Source: Proteromonas lacertae
Taxonomy: Eukaryota
Direction of reading: 5' to 3'
Assembly: GCA_002245135.1 (NCBI GenBank)
Contig: NGBS01001167.1
Location: 62,001-126,000 of the forward strand
DNA length: 64,000 nt
In this document: piece by piece, positions 29,368 to 42,141 of the stretch
How positions within the stretch are numbered: position 1 is the stretch's first letter
Layout of the letters: every line of letters begins with the position of its first letter
Notes under the pieces: model-generated
Databases searched by the model: none
What the model was told of the DNA's origin: nothing
Seen by the model: the letters and a program-made list of their open reading frames with translations, nothing else
Position numbers and translations under genes: made by a program

Positions 29368-31459
29368 ATGAATTCTTTCGTAGATGAGTTACTATCAACA
29401 ATATTACTGTCTGATACTAAAGTATTTTCATTAAATTATTTTATGTAGATAAAAGAACGGGAAGAAAAGAGTGTTAGTGAAGTAGATTTAGTTGTTCAAC
29501 TCAAAAATGATGTCAAAGTGTTAAAAATGATAGGCATTACAGGAATAAAAGAGAAAAGAATATCAGAATTCTGTGAAAATAACTTATTTTTATCAGATTG
29601 TTGTTTCTCTTTCATCTATCCATCAACAGTGTTTCAAGTGAATAAATATGGTAAATATATATTATTAGAAAGAAATATTACTTTAGAGATTTAGAAGAGA
29701 TAATTTATAGTAAATCCTTTACAGGAGGTGAAATTTGCGATGTGATATATTCAATATGTGATATAGTGATGGTATTGAGTGAATTTGATATAGTGGATAA
29801 GTAATTTAAAGAGTAGTAACATAATATATGAAGATGATGATAAAATAAAGATATGTGATTTATGCTTGAATATATAGAGAAAAGAAGAAGAAATGAGAAT
29901 ATATGATATATGTTTTAAAAACCCAGAAGAGTTGAATGGATATGAATGTAATGAGAGAAGTGTGATATGGTCAATTGGTTGTATATTATATGAAATGATA
30001 AATAAGAAATTACCATTCAATGAAGATAATAGTGTGATTAAAACAATGAATAATATACTGAGATGTAATTACAGTTTTGATATAGAATGTGATGAAATGA
30101 CGAAAGAAATGATAAAAAGAATGTTGAAAGTGAAGAGTGAAGATAGAATGAGTTTAAAAGAATTGAAAAAAGAAATGATAAAAATGAATGAGATATTGAG
30201 AGACAGAAATAATAATTTGATGATGTATAAAGAAAGAAAAGAAATAATATATAATAATGATTTATCAATTATAGTTTTGCCAATATTATTTCCATCAGAG
30301 TATTATCTACAATACAATAAATGGAGAAATATTCGAGATGATATGATAAAATCTTACAATAATAAACCAAATGAGAGAGTATTATCAATATTATTGATGA
30401 TGAAATTAAACAAAAAAGATAAATCAATAAAAGATAAACTGAAATTTCAGATTCATCACAACTGTAAAGAAAGATTAGATTGTTATTTAGATGAAATGAT
30501 GTTTAATAATATGAGTTACAGTAAGATTTTGTCATTATAGATTCAGATTGTATTTGTTTGTGTGAAGAAGGAATGAATTATTGAAAATATTAAGATTAAT
30601 CAATCCATCAAGAACTCTTTTTCTGTATAATTCAAATCATTTCTATTTATTTAGATGTTAGTTATCCACTTCAATATCAATCTTTATTTGGATTATATTT
30701 TTCTCAATTATCAAATTTAAGAGAATTAGATTTATCAAAATGTAATCTTACTTCTAATTTCATTGAATCTTTCATCAAATCTATTCCATTCATGAAATTG
30801 AAATATGTTAATCTATCATGTATTTTTTATTCTTTTTGTATTATATTTAAATAGATAATCCAATTGGTTCAAAAGGTTTTAGTCTATTACTTCCATATTT
30901 ACACTTATTAATCAACAAAGAGAATGAATTGAATCTTAGATTCATGGATTTAAATGATGAATCAATGATATTATTATCAGAAGAATTATGTAAATATCCA
31001 AATATTGAAACAATAAATCTAAGAGGAAATAATAATATTAACAGAAATATAATACTAGAAGTGAAAGATTACTCATATGAACAAAAAAGGAAAATACATA
31101 GAAATTTAAATCTCTCCCAACTGTGGATTGAAAATATTTGTGATATTGAAAATGAGAAACAAAGAAGTGAATGTATAGATAGAATCAATAAAGCATTAGT
31201 AGATTATATGATTATGGATTGGTATAGTAAAGAAAAATCTGAAGTTATGGACTTAGGTGATTTAAACTTTTTATTCTTATTAATGTATATGTTAAGATCA
31301 TATGGTGATGAACTTAGTCCAGAAATAGATGTAAAATCAATTCTAATAAATGATTTTGGAATTGAAAAAACAAATATACCTGAAGATAAAAGAGGACAAG
31401 GTAAATTAATATATGGTTGGCTTTATGAAAATGATGAAGAATATTTAGGTGAATATTAA
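29368..31459 (+). pseudogene. Pseudokinase-LRR family copy 1 (disrupted)
   Basis: Relative to copy 2: 1-nt deletion near 29672, 1-nt insertion near 29796, TTG>TAG at 29875-29877. RNI-type LRRs (LRELDLSKCNL) lie downstream. Confidence 0.7.
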
Positions 31460-31501
31460 ATAAAATTAAATAACAAATAATAATAGAATATGTTTTAATA
31501 T

Positions 31502-34501
31502 TTAAAGATTATAATCTATGAATTGACTTTCATTCTTACTTGTATATATTCCAACTATTTTTTCACATTTATAATACATATAAGGATTATGACTAATAAC
31601 AACAATCTGATTATTCTCATCCAAAATTCTTCTTCTTAAATAATGATTCAATCTTTCAACAACTACATTATCAAATGAACAATCTATTTCATCCAATAAA
31701 ATGAAAGGTTTTATCTCTTACCAAAAAATTAAGAACTATAAATATATAACATTAAAAAAAAATGATATTTGTATATTTTGAACAGCAAAACAAAGCGATA
31801 AACAAACTAAAGTTTTTTGTCCTGTTGATAAAGATTCAATATTCCTCCATATACCATTATAACTCTTTATTTCTATTTTTAATCCATTCTCTAGGAGTGT
31901 TTCAATATCTCTACTGTATTCAACGTAACAAATAGACTAAATAAATAAAGCAATTATATATATATATATTTACTGATTTAGATAATGAACAATAAATATT
32001 ACTCAATTCACTACATAGTTTCTCCAATATATTATATAATAACTTATCTCTTTCATTCTTTAATTTTTCTATTTTCTTTCTTTCTTCTTCTATTATTTTG
32101 TTTATTTTACTCATTTCTTTGTTTAATTCTTTCATTTCTTTCATTTCTATTACATATTCCTCCACTTTATCTGGTTTAAGATCTTTTGAGGTTGTTTCTA
32201 ATATTGTATTTATATCATTGATATTGTATCTTATTTCTTTTAATGTCTTTTCAATTTCTTTCTTATCTTTTAATACTTCTTCTTTCTCCTCTATATTGTG
32301 TAATTTCTGTATTTCTCTATTGATGGATATGTTTTTATTTTCATATATTTCTATTTCTTTATTATTCTCATTCTTTATTGTATTATATTCACTCATTTTT
32401 ATCTCATTTTCACTTATTCTCTCTTCCATTTCTTCAACTTCTATTTTCATCTTTTTCATCTCTTCTTTTAGTTTTTGTATGATTTTATTCTGCTGTTTCT
32501 TTTCTTTATTTATTTCTTTTTCTTTTTCTTCAATATCTTTGATTTGAATCTCATTTTCTTCTATGTTTATTGAAGATATATCAATTCTTAACATCTCTTC
32601 ATATTCATTGAATCTACTCATATTTTCTTTATTATTATTTCTCAATTCAATCATTTTATTCTCATTCTCTTTTATTATATTCTCTATATTCTTCTTCTTT
32701 ATCTCACTCTGTTTTATTTTCTCCATATTCTCATTATATTCTTTTTTAAATTCGTTTATATTTATATTTAAAGTCTTTTTATTATTATTCTTATTAACAT
32801 TTATTTCGCCATTATTTAATAATTTCACACCATTTTCACATATAATATTCCAATAATTATTATCTTTATTGTTCCTTATTCTAACACCATCATCAATATC
32901 TTTCACTATACACCAGTTGTGTAAATGTCGTTTCAATACACTCTCAATTTCTATTGGATAATCTAAAATTGAGAGAATATAATTGGATAGTTTGGGTGGT
33001 GATTTTAATGTTAGTATATTCTCTCTTAATTCTTCTTTTATATATATTTTCACTCTTTCATTGTATTTCTCATTATATTTATTCAACAATAAATCACAAA
33101 AACTTCTACTTTCTACTACATATATATTACTGTTGATTAATTGAGGTATTATATTGGAATATTTATGAAATTTTGGTTTAACAGATGATTGTAAATTGAT
33201 ACAAGTATTATCACAATGTAAACTATTAACAATTTCACTCATATTAACTTGATTAGTAGTTGGTTTTATTTCATTATTACTAATTTCATATGATAATGAA
33301 CTGTTCCTTAAATTCAGTTCATTTATTTTACTTTCTACTACTTTTAACTCTCTCTGTTTCATCTCATTTTCTTCTTTTAAACAATCTAACAATCTATTAC
33401 TTTCTAACAACTCATTTTTTATATTCATTACCATTTCTTCTATATTATTTCTATTATCACATTTTGTACCTATTCTATTCATCATATTAACCTCATTTTG
33501 TAACTTATTCTTTTTAATTTTCAGTTTATTCTCATTCAATATCATCTCTTTCTTTTCTTTGTATAATATTTTCATTTTTTTATCATTTTCATTCATCACA
33601 TTTTTTATAGATATTAAATTGCTTTTATAACTTTCTATTATACTTTCAGTCACTTTTACTTTCAGAATTATTTCATTGGTCTTTGTTCTTATCTTATCTA
33701 TCTTATCCTCATTTTCTTGCTTTTCTATTTTCAACATCATATTTCTGAATATTTCTTCATCTTTTTTCAGTTTCATTAACTCTTCTTTTTTCTTCATAAA
33801 ATCCATAAATTCATTTACATTGGCATTTAATGACTTTAATTTATCGTATTTTTCATTTTGCTTTGTTTTTATCCCATTTATTATTATGTCTTTTGACTGT
33901 AAGCTGGAAATATGATTGGTTAATTTATCATTGATTTCATCTATTCCAAACCATTTTTCTATCTCATTTATTAAATCTTTTCCATTTAATAAACTCAGGA
34001 AATTAATTTGAATCTGTGGCAGTATAAAACACTTCAACTGACTATCTTTTATACCAAATATCTGTAATCTTTCTTTTAATTCTTTTTTACTCAGCTTTTG
34101 TTTTATTTTATTGTTAGTGTATATGTAATATTCACTTTTGTTGTTGTATAGCAATTTTCGGCCGAAATTGAAGGAATAATTATCTAATAAGTCATTCTTT
34201 GACAATTGTAATTCGACAAATACTTCGCTTTCATTATTAGTATTCATATTTCGTATATTTTTACTAGCTTCTACAAATATATAACACTGAATATACTTAA
34301 ACCGTCTCTACTTTCAAAATCAAACAGCCAACATATTGCATCGATTACTACACTTTTGCCTGAACCATTTTTACCTAATAAGCTACAAAATATTATAAGC
34401 TAAACAAACCAGATAAATCTTTTGTCAAAATGGATCCTTTTTAGGGTTTTATATGATTTAAAGCCACATATATCAACATAATCGATTTTAATGCTGTTCA
34501 T
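31502..34501 (-). CDS. Divergent, short SMC-family ATPase (~950 aa)
   Basis: ICGFKSY, GKNGSGKS (Walker A), LPQ Q-loop, coiled coils around a hinge-like region, LSTGQK signature, PFILLDEID (Walker B), IVVISH. Confidence 0.85.
31715..31768 (-). other. Candidate U12-type (minor spliceosome) AT-AG intron, 54 nt
   Basis: 5' ATATCATTT, TTCTTAAT about 14-21 nt from the 3' end, 3' AG; removal restores canonical SMC spacing. Confidence 0.55.
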
Positions 34502-34651
34502 TCTTCTTTATTCTTCAAAAAGAGTAATTATATGGTAATTTTTATTATTTCTAAGTAATTTATATAATATCTGTTTAGATGTATGGTTTAAATTTCTGTA
34601 AAATGCTTTAAATACGTGAAGTACCTTCAAAAATGAAAAGTGATTAATTTA

Positions 34652-34669
34652 CTAAAATATATCCGTTTC
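34652..34669. repeat. 18-bp direct repeat CTAAAATATATCCGTTTC (copy 1; copy 2 at 37088-37105)
   Basis: Identical 18-mers on both sides of the two glycosyltransferase genes. Confidence 0.8.
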
Positions 34670-34734
34670 TGTTATTTTCATAAATAACATGTTTACAAGT
34701 TATTATAAGCATCTTACTTGAAATCAAATAGAAT

Positions 34735-35937
34735 TTAGTCATAAATACTTAAATACTTAATACTATAGATTAATTGAAATATTAATTGTCTAAAAGATAC
34801 ATAACATTGAAACAACCTATATGCAACTAATGGATGAGAAATAAAAGTGACTTGTCTAGCCAATGGCCATTTTTCAAACCATCCATTATTTAAAACATCA
34901 TTTTTATCAATCTTATTATATAGAGTGTGTAAATGAACAACATTAAAACCATTCGAAATTATGTAGTTGGTTAAATCTAAAGTATAATGGTATGCTAAAC
35001 ATTCAACAATTACTACTCTTTTATTCAATATCCACAGAATGTTCATTTTATGAGATCCATGTGATGTTATTATTAAATTGAAACTGTTTATTAATTTCAT
35101 TTGTTTATCAATTTGAATTGGATCAAATGTTATTATAGATATACTTCGAATAACATTATTAATTAAGTGTACAACTTTCTCTAACTCCGCTATATTTCGA
35201 TTGTTATTTTCACCTGTTCTTAGTATTATACACGCTTTTATTATATTTCCATTTTCATCATTATGTTTAAGATTTATATTGTCATAAATGAAATCTCTAA
35301 ACCTGTATTTTTCTTTTATTGAACTAAAAAACATTCCATCTCTTCCATACATACTTCTATCAATCACATATAACCTTTTAAAACATATTCTATTATATTT
35401 TCTTATCAATCTTTCAAATCCATTTCTTTCGATTATATTAGTATTAGATGAATACAACGATAATATGGATTTATATATAAGATTTTCATAAGAAGATCTC
35501 ATTCTTTTTTCATAATTTGTTATTATCAAATTATGAATTTTTGGATAATGCGAAGAATTGTAGGTATTCCATAAGTACATTATATTCATAAAATGATATA
35601 TATTAGGATAAAATAATGACAGAATGTGAGTATCTTCATTTATCACAGGAAATAACTTTGGCATTGAAGAAAAATTGCTTATTCCACTATACGACCATAC
35701 AATAGACATATATCTAGTAATTTCTTCGTTTTGATTAATACAAAAGGATTCAATAAAGAATTTAGGATAATCAAATAATCTGCGCAAACAAACATTTTCA
35801 TATGTTAGATATATGTTATTATATTCCAATCCATCTAATGAAATACTACTACATTCACCTCCTTTTGAATATGACATTTCAGGCACTTTAGCTTCTAATT
35901 TCAGTATCAGACATATTATCACTATCACTAAATTCAT
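34735..35937 (-). CDS. Glycosyltransferase family 61-like protein, intronless, signal peptide
   Basis: NIYHF, IILR...RNI, QMKLINSFNLIITSHGSHKMNILW..VVIVE, the GT61/DUF563 pattern. Confidence 0.7.
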   Translation of the reverse strand: MNLVIVIICLILKLEAKVPEMSYSKGGECSSISLDGLEYNNIYLTYENVCLRRLFDYPKFFIESFCINQNEEITRYMSIVWSYSGISNFSSMPKLFPVINEDTHILSLFYPNIYHFMNIMYLWNTYNSSHYPKIHNLIITNYEKRMRSSYENLIYKSILSLYSSNTNIIERNGFERLIRKYNRICFKRLYVIDRSMYGRDGMFFSSIKEKYRFRDFIYDNINLKHNDENGNIIKACIILRTGENNNRNIAELEKVVHLINNVIRSISIITFDPIQIDKQMKLINSFNLIITSHGSHKMNILWILNKRVVIVECLAYHYTLDLTNYIISNGFNVVHLHTLYNKIDKNDVLNNGWFEKWPLARQVTFISHPLVAYRLFQCYVSFRQLIFQLIYSIKYLSIYD

Positions 35938-36205
35938 ATTTGATATGGAATAACGATATATTAATCAAAGAACGTAATAAAAATAAATTTTGAATGAAGT
36001 GGGGAATGAAAATATTTCCAAACACCAGATCATTTAAAATGTGATCGAATATTAAATAGATATTAAAATTGTAAATAATTATTACATATAAATAACATAT
36101 GATTTAATTGATTTTTTTCTTTCTAAATAAAACATGTAAAATATTTTACTAATTATAAATTTTTAGGACTATTATCTAAATCTAACAATATAACATCCTT
36201 CTATA

Positions 36206-37057
36206 TTAATCTGTAATACAATTAAAATCTTTTACATAAAATCCTAAAGACATCTTAAATACTGCAACTTTATATCCTCTTTGAACTACTCTCGCTATAA
36301 AATCTAAATCTTCAGTAGAATGAAGTGATTCATTAAACCTAATTTTATCCATAACACTCCTCTTTATTGACGGCCAACCATTTCTAATATAGAACCCATT
36401 AGAAACATCACAATTATATATTCGTCCATTATATGTGAATGTATCTCTGCATTTTTGTGTGATTATTTTGTATTGATTAGTTTTTGCGTATTTTTTATAT
36501 CTTTTTGTTAAATTTACTTTATCCAACGCTTTATAATTATTAATAGAAGGATGAAATACAACATCTATATGTCTATTCTCGTCAAATATTTTGTAAATTG
36601 TACTAATTCTATAAATTGACATTATATCATCTACATCAAAGTAACTAAGTATAGGACAATGAGAATTCATATAGCCAAAATTTCTATTAGAAGCAGCATT
36701 GTATTTACCAGTTCTGAATTTAATAACCAAATTGCTTGTGCATTTCTTTATTCCTTCCATCAATTTTGCTATTTTTGGTATACCTGCAGATGTCTCACCC
36801 GAAATAATTAACACTACTTCATCAGGATACTTTATTGAGTTACATATGCTTTTTTGAAGCGTTAAGCTACATCTGTCTATGTCTTGCACCGTTGAAGGTA
36901 TTATTAGTGATAAACAAAAGGAATTGCTGATAGATTCTGTCCAATGATAATTGTTTATACGTCTATTTATGTTCATATATTTGTATTTCTTGATATATAC
37001 CTTATAATATAGTATGCAAAATAAAAGTACGAAAAAACTACAACAAATACATGACAT
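36206..37057 (-). CDS. Glycosyltransferase family 2 (GT-A) protein, intronless, signal anchor
   Basis: SLIIPS, PDEVVLI, NAASNRNFG, SYFDVDD (DXD), RFNESL..EDLDF. Confidence 0.8.
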   Translation of the reverse strand: MSCICCSFFVLLFCILYYKVYIKKYKYMNINRRINNYHWTESISNSFCLSLIIPSTVQDIDRCSLTLQKSICNSIKYPDEVVLIISGETSAGIPKIAKLMEGIKKCTSNLVIKFRTGKYNAASNRNFGYMNSHCPILSYFDVDDIMSIYRISTIYKIFDENRHIDVVFHPSINNYKALDKVNLTKRYKKYAKTNQYKIITQKCRDTFTYNGRIYNCDVSNGFYIRNGWPSIKRSVMDKIRFNESLHSTEDLDFIARVVQRGYKVAVFKMSLGFYVKDFNCITD

Positions 37058-37087
37058 ATTTCAATTATTATATTTTTCAAAAGTTAC

Positions 37088-37105
37088 CTAAAATATATCC
37101 GTTTC
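37088..37105. repeat. 18-bp direct repeat copy 2, upstream of the GT2 start
   Basis: Identical to 34652-34669. Confidence 0.8.
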
Positions 37106-37168
37106 ATAACCTGATATTTTATTTTTTGAATAAAAACACAATGAATGTAGTAAATCAAATAATTTCAA

Positions 37169-39031
37169 TTAGGATTCATTTATTATTATCTTAACTTTAT
37201 TAAATATAACTGTATTCCTTATATAGTTTCTTATTCTTACATAATTAATCAAATTATTATCATTTATCTGAATTTTCTTTAGGTTTTTACAATAATGCAA
37301 TTCTTTTACCATTTTATTCATTCCATACTCACTTATTTCATTTATATTAACTGATAACTCCTCCAAATCGGTTAGATACTCCAAACACTTACTAAACTCA
37401 ATTATCCCTTTATCTTCAATATATGCTTCAGACATATACAACCTTTTTAACTTTGAAATATGACTTAATTGTCGACTTAATGAAATTATACCATTATTTC
37501 CAACTGCATTTGCTAATATATCATATTATAAATCAATAACATATACTACTAATATTCAACACTTTTAAATTAGGAATAAAACTCAAGTATTTACTAAAAT
37601 TTGTTATTCCATATTCATTGATATTGTTCTCTAAAAAGAATTAAAAACAAATAAAACTATATAAAATATAATAATACCATTAATATGAAGTGTTTCTAAA
37701 CGAGAGATATAATGCAAGTTTCTAGAGAAAATTTCTATTCCTTCATTACTTATCTCATTTTCTATTTAATATTATATATAGCAATACCACTAATATTTAA
37801 AACCTTCAAATTTGGAATATCACTCAAACACTCACTCAAACACTTTATTCCAGTTTTAGTGATTCTGTTTTCTATTATACATTATTATCAATACCTATAT
37901 ATAATATACTATATAATGAAAGCTTTTCTAATTCACATATGAAGTGCAAATTTTTAGAAAACGATTCAATTCCTCTATTACCTATTCTGTTTGTAGCAAA
38001 TGATAAAATATTTAGTTTTGTTAAACCTGATAAATGATTAGAAAATACAATTAAACCATCATCACTGATATTATTACCATTAAATGATAATGATTTTAAG
38101 CAACTAAAATTGATTATGTAATTATTTAAATATTTCAAATGGCTATCGTTTATTTCATTCTTTTCTAAATAAATTCCATGAATATTGTTCTTTGATAAAA
38201 GTGAATCTGTAATATATTCCAATTCATATTCTCCAACTTTTACTATTTCATAATAATATTATCATATAGTATACAATCATTAAACCCATAATGAGTGTGA
38301 TCCTTGATGATTATATCATGTATTTTTGCTTTTATTTCACTGTCAATTGGATGATAATTAGTATAGTAATAATCATCCATTTTTGACTTAATAAACCCAC
38401 TTTTCTTTGTAATATCCTCATTTATATTCATTTTATAATTCAATATCAATCTAATCTCTTCTATTAATATATCTTTCATGTTTTGGCTATGTAAAATTTT
38501 ATCAAATATTTCTCCTCTTTCATTCTCATCAATATATTCTTTCAACTCTTTCATTATTTCCATAAATGTAGTTGTTATATTCTTTTTATTATCTTCTTTC
38601 TTTATTATATTACTATATATATCATGCACATAAATATTACTATCCTTATCTACTAACAGATTAAATAATTTGATGGTAATATTCTGATAATTTAACATAT
38701 CAATTATCTCTATTATTTCTAACAAACTATTAATTGACTGCATAATATTAATATTCTGTCTTTTTTTCATCAATTCTTCTAATGCTATGTATTCAACACA
38801 TTTATCACCTAATGTAGAAGAATTTCTCATTAAATTGTCTTTTGTTTTTATTATTCCTTCCAAATTGATTTTTTCAATTGATTTTAAACATTCAATCCTA
38901 CAACACATTAATCTAAACTGTAATGCTTTATTATCTTTAATTTCATCCATTTCATCGCAGTCATATCCTTCATCTAATTTTATTTCTTCAGTAATCTAAA
39001 TTATATATCAACATACTTATACCTTATTCAT
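37169..39031 (-). CDS. RNI-like leucine-rich repeat protein
   Basis: Repeats such as LKSLSFNGNNISDDG, LNILSFATNRIGNRG and LEELSVNINEISEYG, joined by short introns. Confidence 0.8.
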
Positions 39032-39046
39032 TTCACACTGAATAGC

Positions 39047-39100
39047 AAAAATAAAATAAAATTAGGTTCAAAAATTTTGAATAACCCAATATTCTTTTTT
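39047..39100. repeat. ~55-bp upstream repeat copy 1 (copy 2 ~40788-40844)
   Basis: Core CAAAAATTTTG(A/G)ATAACCCAAT at 39069-39090 and 40812-40833, each preceded by AAAATAAAAT and followed by a T-tract. Confidence 0.75.
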
Positions 39101-39102
39101 CA

Positions 39103-40678
39103 ATGAAATCTTTTGTAGATGATATATTATCTTCATTTTTACCACCTGATACTCAAATATTTACTCTGAATTATTATTGTAAATGAAATAATGAGTAGAA
39201 AAGGGAGATAATGAAATAGATTTAGTTTTAGGGTATGCAAATGATGTTAAAATGATGAAAATCTTAAATATTGAGGAAATAAAAGAGAAAAGAAATCAGA
39301 ATTCTGTGAAAATAACTCATTTTTATCAGATTGTTGTTTCTCTTTCATCTATCCATCAACAGTATTTCAAGTGAATAAATATGGTAAATATATGTTATTG
39401 GAAAGAGAATATTACTTTAGAGATTTAGAAGAGATAATTCAGAGTAAATCCTTTACAGGAGGTGAAATTTGCGATGTGATATGTTCAATATGTGATATAG
39501 TGAAGGTATTGAGTGAATTTGATATAGTGATAAACAATTTGAAGAGTAGTAACATAATATATGAAGATGATGATAAAATAAAGATATGTGATTTATGCTT
39601 GAATATATTGAGAAAAGAAGAAGAAATGAGAATATATGATATATGTTTTAAAAACCCAGAAGAGTTGAATGGATATGAATGTAATGAGAGAAGTGTGATA
39701 TGGTCAATTGGTTGTATATTATATGAAATGATAAATAAGAAATTACCATTCAATGAAGATAATAGTGTGATTAAAACAATGAATAATATACTGAGATGTA
39801 ATTACAGTTTTGATATAGAATGTGATGAAATGACGAAAGAAATGATAAAAAGAATGTTGAAAGTGAAGAGTGAAGATAGAATGAGTTTAAAAGAATTGAA
39901 AAAAGAAATGATAAAAATGAATGAGATAATGAAAGATGATGGTAATTATATGATGATGTATAAAGAAAGAAAAGAAATAATATATAATAATGATTTATCA
40001 ATTATAGTTTTGCCAATATTATTTCCATCAGAGTATTATCTACAATACAATAAATGGGAAAATATTCGAGATGATATGATAAAATCTTACAATAATAAAC
40101 CAAATGAGAGAGTATTATCAATATTATTGATGATGAAATTAAACAAAAAAGATAAATCAATAAAAGATAAACTGAAATTTCAGATTCATCACAACTGTAA
40201 AGAAAGATTAGATTGTTATTTAGATGATATGATGTTTTATATTCACAGTTTTATTTTAATTTATTCAAATGTTATTAATTATTTTTCAGAATATCAATCC
40301 AAAGAAACTCTTTTTTAGTATAATTCAAACCATTTCTATTTATTTAGATGTTAGTTATCCACTCCAATATCAATCTTTATTTGGCTTATGTTTTTCTCAA
40401 CTATTAAATTTAAGAGAATTAGATTTATCAAAATGTAATCTTACTTCTAATTTCATTGAATCTTTCATCAAATCTATTCCATTCATGAAATTGAAATATG
40501 TTAATCTATCATGTATTTTTTATTCTTTTTGTATTATATTTAAATAGATAATCCAATTGGTTCAAAAGGTTTTAGTCTATTACTTCCATATTTACACTTA
40601 TTAATCAACAAAGAGAATGAACTAAAACTTAGTGGAATGTGTTTAAATGGTGAATCAATGATATTACAGGCAATATAA
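39103..40678 (+). pseudogene. Pseudokinase-LRR family copy 2 (5' decayed, 3' truncated)
   Basis: First-intron GT/AG replaced by AT/AA, in-frame TAA TGA near 39188, 1-nt deletion near 39293; homology to copy 1 stops near 40666. Confidence 0.7.
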
Positions 40679-40853
40679 ACATTAATTCAAATGGATTAAA
40701 TATTTTATACTCTAACTATCCAAAATCAAAAGTAAGAGGTGTTTTTAATTATTTTTTGATGTTATTTATGATTTATACCATAAAATAAAAAATAAAAATA
40801 AAATGTGGTTTCAAAAATTTTGGATAACCCAATTCTCTTTTTTTGAATTTTTA

Positions 40854-42107
40854 ATGATTCACAACAGTTATTCAAACAAACAATTAGAATATTTTGATTA
40901 TGCTAAATCAGATATATTCAATGTAATAATATTTATTGTAAATATGTAGATTTCTTCTTCTTCTTTCACAAAGACATGTTATCCAGATAATATATTATAT
41001 AAAAATAATAAAGTATATCAAATTTAGTATTATAATTAGAATATTTGGCTATCTTCAACAGAATTTCCTCAAAACATAGTACTAACCAAAAAATCAAGTA
41101 AAACCAATCGCATAATAATAATTAACAGTGTATATTTGTTATATTATGATAAAAATATCATAGATCGTTTTATATTGTTGGAATAAACACAGTTGTAATC
41201 CAAAAGATATAGAAATGTCATTATATTCATCTTCAAATGAATTGAGAGTAAGATTAGAATATAGTTTACCATTGGATGTATGCTATTTTATATTAAATAT
41301 TCCTGAAGTGTGTATATGTAATGATGAATATATAATAATAACCTTAAATTCCTCCTATGGTGGACCACAAGTATATTTAAATGAGATAATGATGTATAAA
41401 GAAAGTTGTAAAGAAATTGAAGAATATTACAAATGTAATTATGTAAATAAATATAATGTATGAATATATATATATTAATGTTATATTAATAATAGAATGT
41501 AAGAATAATAAATCCAACTCAATCAAAAATGATGAATATAAATAATATAAGAAAAGATAATTATTTTTCCAATAGTATTAATTCAATAGAAAATAATGAT
41601 TATGTGTCTGAATCCTTCAGTTTGATAAATTATGAAGATTTAAATTGTGTATCATTAGATTCAATAGAAAAAGAGAATATAGAAATACCTCAAATCAATA
41701 TAAATCAATTGAATGATAAATTAAAGAAACACAAAGAAGAATTGAATAATATAAAAGTGAATAAAAATATGAATTACAATACAAAAAAGAATATATCTCT
41801 ATCCAATAATAGAAATATGAAAGAAATGAAAGAGAAATGTTATTTATTAAGAGAGATAAAAATAGGAAAGAATAAATCAATACCAATCGTTTATTCAATA
41901 AGTAATTCTTATATTGGAAATAAATATTACACTCTAATATCCTTACCATCAAAATATAAAAGTGATATAATATTGAATGAAGATATGAAGAAAAATCAGC
42001 AACAATATAAAAAACAATCAAATATAAACCTTCTTCCTAAACCAATTTACAATACTGAATTAATATCTAATTTACATATAGATCATTTTCCAAATCCTCC
42101 TTTTTGA
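40854..42107 (+). CDS. Protein with galactose-binding-like (IFT25/APC10-type) N-domain and Asn-rich tail
   Basis: Spliced SSSSFTKTCYPDNIL...NIWLSSTEFPQNIVL...SSYGGPQVYLNEI. Confidence 0.5.
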
Positions 42108-42141
42108 TAAATTAATAGTAATAGTTGTTTATATCATTGTG

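Noticed and set aside
31985..33915. Numerous Phe/Ile/Ser-rich + strand ORFs
   Set aside because: Antisense shadows of the Lys/Glu/Asn-rich SMC coiled coil; the same applies to similar ORFs opposite the kinases, ADAT1 and the glycosyltransferases.
39157..39182. AT...AA-bounded intron-like segment in pseudokinase copy 2
   Set aside because: No U12 consensus, and stop codons follow; better explained as decayed splice sites of a pseudogene.
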